A stretch of DNA of 32,278 nucleotides, from sequence record SRR31156797_1811. The stretch is one strand, 5' to 3'. Below the pieces are notes generated by a model. The model saw only the letters and a list, made by a program, of their open reading frames with translations. It was not told the origin of the DNA and ran no database searches. A program made the translations under genes and the position numbers. Positions 27,537 to 32,278 of the stretch are shown here, one piece after another. The stretch's first letter is position 1. The number at the start of each line of letters is the position of its first letter.

Positions 27537-28403
27537 ATGCAACCACTTGTCAGTGTTTTAATGACCGTTTATAATCGTGAAAAGTATATTTCTCAAGCTA
27601 TTGAAAGCATTGCAAAAAGTACTTATCAAAATTGGGAATTAATTATAGTAGATGATCAAAGCAAAGATCGGTCAGTTGAAATTGCACAAAGCTATGCAAT
27701 AAATGATAAGAGAATAAGAGTTTATGTTAACGAGGAGAACTTGGGAGATTATACAAATCGGAATAAGGCCGCATCATATGCATTGGGTAAATATATAAAG
27801 TATGTTGATGCTGATGACATGATATATCCTTATGGGATAGAACAACTTGTATATTATATGGAACAATTTCCAAATGCAGGTTATGGACTTTGTTCTTTGG
27901 AGCAGGATAAAGAAAAAATATTTCCTTTTCAATTAGATCCAACTGCAGCCTATCAGAGGCATTATTTCAAAACACCTTTGTTTCATAAAGCTCCGCTATC
28001 GGCCATCATAAAAAAAGAGGTTTTCGATAAAGTTGGTGGCTTTACAGGAAAGAGGATGTTGGGTGATTTTGAAATGTGGCATATCTTATCACAGCATTAT
28101 CCTGTTGTATTAATGCCTCATGGAATTGCTTGGTATCGTGTACACGATGAACAAGAGATGTCCTTGCACAGATCTGATCCAATGGAACCATTTAAATATC
28201 TGTTAATAGCCAAAGGGCTTGTAGCTAGTGATAAATGTCCGTTAAATAAAAAAGAGAAAGAGGAGGCGCAACATATAATTGCTAAAAAGATGGCCAAATC
28301 AGTTCTTAGTGCTGGCAAACATCATTCAATTAAGAAAGCGATAGAACTTAAAAATTCCTCTCAATTGAATTTTATTCAAATTATTAAAAAGGTAATAATG
28401 TGA
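27537..28403 (+). CDS. GT2 glycosyltransferase
   Basis: VSVLMTVYNRE, VDDQSKD, NLGDYTNRN and YVDADD. Confidence 0.9.
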   Translation: MQPLVSVLMTVYNREKYISQAIESIAKSTYQNWELIIVDDQSKDRSVEIAQSYAINDKRIRVYVNEENLGDYTNRNKAASYALGKYIKYVDADDMIYPYGIEQLVYYMEQFPNAGYGLCSLEQDKEKIFPFQLDPTAAYQRHYFKTPLFHKAPLSAIIKKEVFDKVGGFTGKRMLGDFEMWHILSQHYPVVLMPHGIAWYRVHDEQEMSLHRSDPMEPFKYLLIAKGLVASDKCPLNKKEKEEAQHIIAKKMAKSVLSAGKHHSIKKAIELKNSSQLNFIQIIKKVIM

Positions 28404-29152
28404 TGCTTATTTTTAAATTACTTTTTTATTGGCTTAAAGTCATTGTAAGATATTTTTATTGGCTATACCGCTTAACTCAAATTAAGGGTATAAATAAGGC
28501 TCGTTTGGAATTTCCCGTAATTGTAGAAGGTAAAGGGAAATTAGGATTAGGTGAAAATGCTATAATTGAAAAAGGTATAGAACTAGGATTAGGAGAGGGC
28601 TCTGTAACCACAATTGGAAATAGTTTTAAACTAGGATCAAAAACTATTTTAAAAATTGCAAAGTATAAAACGCTTCAAATTGGTAATCATAGCGAAATAA
28701 ATGCGGATTGCGAGATATATGTGAATAATAATTGGGAAATAGGAAACAATGTATCCATTGCCAAAAGGTGTGCGATATTCTCTCGTGAAAAGGATTTTTT
28801 TGGTTCACTGCACATACATGATGGAGTGCGCATTGGAGATAATGCGATTATTGATTTAAGCGATCACGTTATATTACACGAAAATGTTGGAATGGGGCCT
28901 AATTGCGTAATCTACACACATGGTCATATTAAAACTGAAAATAGCCATCTACCCATTTGGAAAGATCAAGTTAAAAATGGCCCCGTTGAGATAAAGAAAA
29001 ATGTTTATATCGGAACAAATGTTATCATATTACCGGGAGTAAGTATTGGTAATAATTCAATTATAGCTGCAGGTTCTGTAGTTAATAAATCAGTTCCTGA
29101 TAATGAATTATGGGGGGGGATACCTGCAAAAAGGATAAAATCTATTTTATAA
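28400..29152 (+). CDS. Hexapeptide-repeat (left-handed beta-helix) O-acyltransferase
   Basis: Many IG.N..I repeats and the C-terminal VYIGTNVIILPGVSIGNNSIIAAGSVVNKSVP..WGGIPAK. Confidence 0.9.
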   Translation: MMLIFKLLFYWLKVIVRYFYWLYRLTQIKGINKARLEFPVIVEGKGKLGLGENAIIEKGIELGLGEGSVTTIGNSFKLGSKTILKIAKYKTLQIGNHSEINADCEIYVNNNWEIGNNVSIAKRCAIFSREKDFFGSLHIHDGVRIGDNAIIDLSDHVILHENVGMGPNCVIYTHGHIKTENSHLPIWKDQVKNGPVEIKKNVYIGTNVIILPGVSIGNNSIIAAGSVVNKSVPDNELWGGIPAKRIKSIL

Positions 29153-29155
29153 ACT

Positions 29156-29899
29156 ATGGCTAGTAAAAAAGGAGTTATATATACTGCAAGTGGTAAAAAA
29201 TATATTGATGAAGCAATATATTCTGCAAAAACGCTTAAAAAACACAATAAAGGTATACATGCCACATTATATACATCAGATGTAGGAGTCAAAAGTAGGT
29301 ATTTTGATTCCATCATTAATCAACCAGCAAACAAGCATCCCCAAAAGTACAAAATAGAGAACATGGTAAATTCTCCTTACGAAAAAACACTTTACCTGGA
29401 TTCTGATACGAAAATAAATGGTTCTATTTCAGAGCTTTTTGATTTTTTATTAATCTATGATATGGGGTTTACAAATCGGGTTTTGTGTACATGGGGAAAA
29501 CCAGTGCGATTTAAAGATTATATAGATAAAGATTGTATTAATGGAGGTTTCATTTTGTTTAGAAAAAATGAGAAGACCATTCAATTTTTATCAGATTGGT
29601 CAACGAAAATGAATCGTAATAAAGATGAAGATATAAAACCAGGTACTCCTACAGGTGACCAAATTCCTTTAAATGACCTAATTTTTAAGGAAAAATTATT
29701 GGAAAAACTAAACATTAATTTCGTTATTCTTCCTAATAAAATTTATAACGCAAGACCTTGGTTGTGGAAACAAGCAAAATTAGATGGAGAGTTTAAAAAT
29801 ATTAAAATATTACATGATAAGGGACTGAAGAAATCATTGTTGATGAGATTGGTAAGTAAAGTAAAATATATCGTAGGAAAGATCTATGCCTCTAGATAG
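29156..29899 (+). CDS. Putative nucleotide-diphospho-sugar transferase (GT8/GT77-like GT-A fold)
   Basis: GVIYTASGKKY..EA..S, SPYEKTLYLDSD, NGGFILF, DQ..LN and LP..YNAR. Confidence 0.7.
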   Translation: MASKKGVIYTASGKKYIDEAIYSAKTLKKHNKGIHATLYTSDVGVKSRYFDSIINQPANKHPQKYKIENMVNSPYEKTLYLDSDTKINGSISELFDFLLIYDMGFTNRVLCTWGKPVRFKDYIDKDCINGGFILFRKNEKTIQFLSDWSTKMNRNKDEDIKPGTPTGDQIPLNDLIFKEKLLEKLNINFVILPNKIYNARPWLWKQAKLDGEFKNIKILHDKGLKKSLLMRLVSKVKYIVGKIYASR

Positions 29900-30596
29900 A
29901 AAAAAAAAGCTTCTTTTTATTCATATACCCAAAGTTGCAGGTACAAGTATTGAGAAAGCATTAGGTTTATATGGAAAACATTTCGAAAGTTCTTTAGAAC
30001 TTGCATTTGGTAAACATACTACAAATGGAGAAACGTATGCATTGCAACATATAGGGTATGATCAGTATGTTAGTTTAGGAATTTTAGAAGATGAAGAGAT
30101 AAAATCCTACTTTTCATTTTGTTTTGTTCGTAATCCTTGGGATCGTGCTGTATCTGACTATAAATGGCAAAAGAATATCAGAAAGAGAAAACTAACTTTT
30201 CGAGAATTTTTAAAAGAATCTAATCAAATCATTCAAAAATATGAGAATAGCAGATTAATTAATTATACCAATTGTCATTATGTTCCTCAGTCATGGTACA
30301 TATATGATAAAGAGGGCAATACTAACCTGAATTTTATTGGGAAGTATGAAAATCTGGATAATGATTTGCAATCTGTGTTAAAGCAATTAGATATTAGTGA
30401 TTTTGCTTTACAGAGTAGTAATCAAGGAAAAATGATTCCTTATTTTTTTTATTATTACGACGTAAGAAATATTTCTCTTGTTTGTAAAATGTATAAGGAA
30501 GACATTAAAAGATTTAATTATTACTTTTTGAAAAGTAATGCAGCCAGAGTTGCAATAAAGAGGGTATTTAAGAAAATCTACACTAAAAGTAAATAG
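29886..30596 (+). CDS. Sulfotransferase family 2 protein
   Basis: LFIHIPKVAGTSI, FVRNPWDRAVSDY, HYVPQ and FIGKYENL..D. Confidence 0.88.
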   Translation: MPLDRKKKLLFIHIPKVAGTSIEKALGLYGKHFESSLELAFGKHTTNGETYALQHIGYDQYVSLGILEDEEIKSYFSFCFVRNPWDRAVSDYKWQKNIRKRKLTFREFLKESNQIIQKYENSRLINYTNCHYVPQSWYIYDKEGNTNLNFIGKYENLDNDLQSVLKQLDISDFALQSSNQGKMIPYFFYYYDVRNISLVCKMYKEDIKRFNYYFLKSNAARVAIKRVFKKIYTKSK

Positions 30597-30608
30597 AGAT
30601 TAGAATCT

Positions 30609-31580
30609 ATGAAATTAGTATCAATCATAATACCTCTTTACAATTCGGAAAGTTTTCTAAATGAAACACTTAATTCTGTTCTGTCACAAACTTACAAAAA
30701 TATAGAAGTAATATTAGTTGATGACAATTCAACTGATGGCTCTTTAAATATTGGATTAAATTTTCAAAAGCAACATCCCCAAAAAATACTATTATACAAG
30801 AATAAGGGAAAAGGAGCTTGTGCTGCACGCAATTATGGTTTTGAATTATCCAAGGGTGAATATATTCAGTTTTTGGATGCAGATGATATGCTAAGTCCGG
30901 ATAAAATAGAACGGCAGGTTAAAGCTTTAGAGGAGCAACCAGGATGCATAGCTGTATGTGAAACCTGGCACTTTAAAAATACTATCCAGGAAGCAATAAA
31001 TTCAGATAAAGAATATCTGTTCTCAACAACAAAACCAGAGGACTTTTTTATTCAGCTTTGGGGAGGCAATGAATTACTTCCAAATATGATTCAGACTTCG
31101 GCTTGGTTAACACCTCGTGACTTAATAGAAAGAAATGGTTTATGGGATACTTCATTAAAGAAAGATCAGGATGGTGAATTTTTTGCCAGAATAGCGCTAA
31201 ATAGTAAAGGCATAGTTTATATCCCTGAAATAAAAAACTATTATCGCAAACATACAAAAGGGAAGAATATAGCCGGACAAAAACAAAAAATACATTTGGA
31301 AAGTAACCTAAAAGCAACCAATCTTAAAGAGCTGTATCTATTAAACAGAACTAATTCAACATGTGTAACTAAAGCTATCGCTACTCAATATCTAATAGTA
31401 GCCATTGACGCCTGGCCAAGGTATAAAGACATCACAAAACAAGCCTTAACTAAAGTTAAACAATTAGGAGGTACCAGTTATTTGCCAGTTCTGGGAGGTA
31501 GTTTAATTGAGGGTATTAAAAGAACATTAGGTTGGAAAATTGCGAAAGGATTTTCATACTATCTTCATAAATTTATTTAA
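30609..31580 (+). CDS. GT2 glycosyltransferase
   Basis: VSIIIPLYN, VDDNSTD, GACAARN, FLDADD and DQDGEFF. Confidence 0.9.
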   Translation: MKLVSIIIPLYNSESFLNETLNSVLSQTYKNIEVILVDDNSTDGSLNIGLNFQKQHPQKILLYKNKGKGACAARNYGFELSKGEYIQFLDADDMLSPDKIERQVKALEEQPGCIAVCETWHFKNTIQEAINSDKEYLFSTTKPEDFFIQLWGGNELLPNMIQTSAWLTPRDLIERNGLWDTSLKKDQDGEFFARIALNSKGIVYIPEIKNYYRKHTKGKNIAGQKQKIHLESNLKATNLKELYLLNRTNSTCVTKAIATQYLIVAIDAWPRYKDITKQALTKVKQLGGTSYLPVLGGSLIEGIKRTLGWKIAKGFSYYLHKFI

Positions 31581-32278
31581 TGCAAAATAATAATACATTT
31601 CTTTTTTTAACTTCCAATAATTTAGCCACAAACCCTCGATTATTCAAGGAAGTAAAATCAGTAATAGATTTAAATTATGGATATAGTATTATTCAGTTTC
31701 GATTAGGTAATTGGAGTGATTCTAAAAGCGATGAATTATGTAGAAGCTTAAAAGGAGCGCAGTCTGAAATAATAGGAATTGATGCTAAAGCAAAAAATAG
31801 GCTTAATTGGATAAAATGGGGCACATTGGAAAGAATAGCGCAAAAATGTTGGCCTTTGTTTCAAAAAAATATTCTAATCAGTAGTCTTGCATCTAACCGA
31901 CGTTCATTACAAATATTAAAACAAGCATATAAATTAAAGGAAAAACCGGATCTGATTTGTGCCCACAATCTGGCAGCATTATATCCGGCTTGGAAACTTA
32001 GTAAAAAATGGAATATTCCATTTTTTTTTGATATTGAAGACTATCACCCAGGTGAGTATATAGGTAGAGAAGCAAAGAATGAAAAGAGCCGACGTGAGTT
32101 TTTAATGAAAAAACTACTTCCTGATGCCATAGCTATTACCAGTGCAAGTCCGTTAATTGGAGAGTATACCTTAAAGTTAATAGGTGGTCACCCTAACCAT
32201 CAGGTGATTTTAAACAGTTTTCCAAAGTCTGAATTCAAAGAGCCATCAAATCAACAAATCAACAAATCAACAAATCAA
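31580..32278 (+). CDS. GT4-like glycosyltransferase, N-terminal part (runs off the window end)
   Basis: The ATG overlaps the previous TAA and the frame stays open for 233 codons to the end. Motifs TSNNLATNPRLFKE, PDLICAHNL, FDIEDYHPGE, SASPLI and ILNSFP. Not in the ORF track. Confidence 0.8.
   Translation, partial: MQNNNTFLFLTSNNLATNPRLFKEVKSVIDLNYGYSIIQFRLGNWSDSKSDELCRSLKGAQSEIIGIDAKAKNRLNWIKWGTLERIAQKCWPLFQKNILISSLASNRRSLQILKQAYKLKEKPDLICAHNLAALYPAWKLSKKWNIPFFFDIEDYHPGEYIGREAKNEKSRREFLMKKLLPDAIAITSASPLIGEYTLKLIGGHPNHQVILNSFPKSEFKEPSNQQINKSTNQ
32247..32278 (+). repeat. Perfect octamer tandem repeat (CAAATCAA)x4+, in coding frame
   Basis: Four exact copies run to the last base and encode NQQINKSTNQ. 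Confidence 0.95.

Noticed and set aside
13832-30450. A/T homopolymers (T9 13832-13840, A9 29900-29908, T8 30443-30450) as phase-variation tracts
   Set aside because: Expected by chance in DNA this AT-rich, and all host frames are intact.
208-31317. Other short alternative-frame and antisense ORFs in the track (e.g. 2455-2766, 4500-4919, 20892-21299, 29005-29316)
   Set aside because: They overlap well-supported + strand genes and show no family motifs, so they are treated as shadow ORFs.

Overview
AT-rich Bacteroidota-type DNA (lineage inferred from a TAnnTTTG promoter, UpxY and the gene families). All credible genes are on the + strand. The window opens with a probable IS982-type end that truncates an IS110 transposase. 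The rest is one long surface-glycan operon: upxY, an ops-like structured leader, a frameshifted four-helix-bundle (FHB, 23S-IVP/Avd-like) gene, cysC, wzm, an intact FHB gene, wzt, a CDP-3,6-dideoxy/branched-sugar module (rfbF, rfbG, YerE-like ThDP enzyme, rfbH, ferredoxin-less reductase), six sulfotransferases, about 16 confirmed or putative glycosyltransferases (including a GT6 + GT11 pair) and a hexapeptide acyltransferase. It ends inside a GT4 gene at a (CAAATCAA)4 repeat. The most striking unexplained structure is in the five spacers from about 1940 to 4512. They are built from about 7-nt periodic repeats in two sequence families, arranged as mutually complementary G/T-rich and C/A-rich arms that bracket both FHB genes, cysC and wzm. 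All assignments come from motif recognition by eye; no searches or folding calculations were run.
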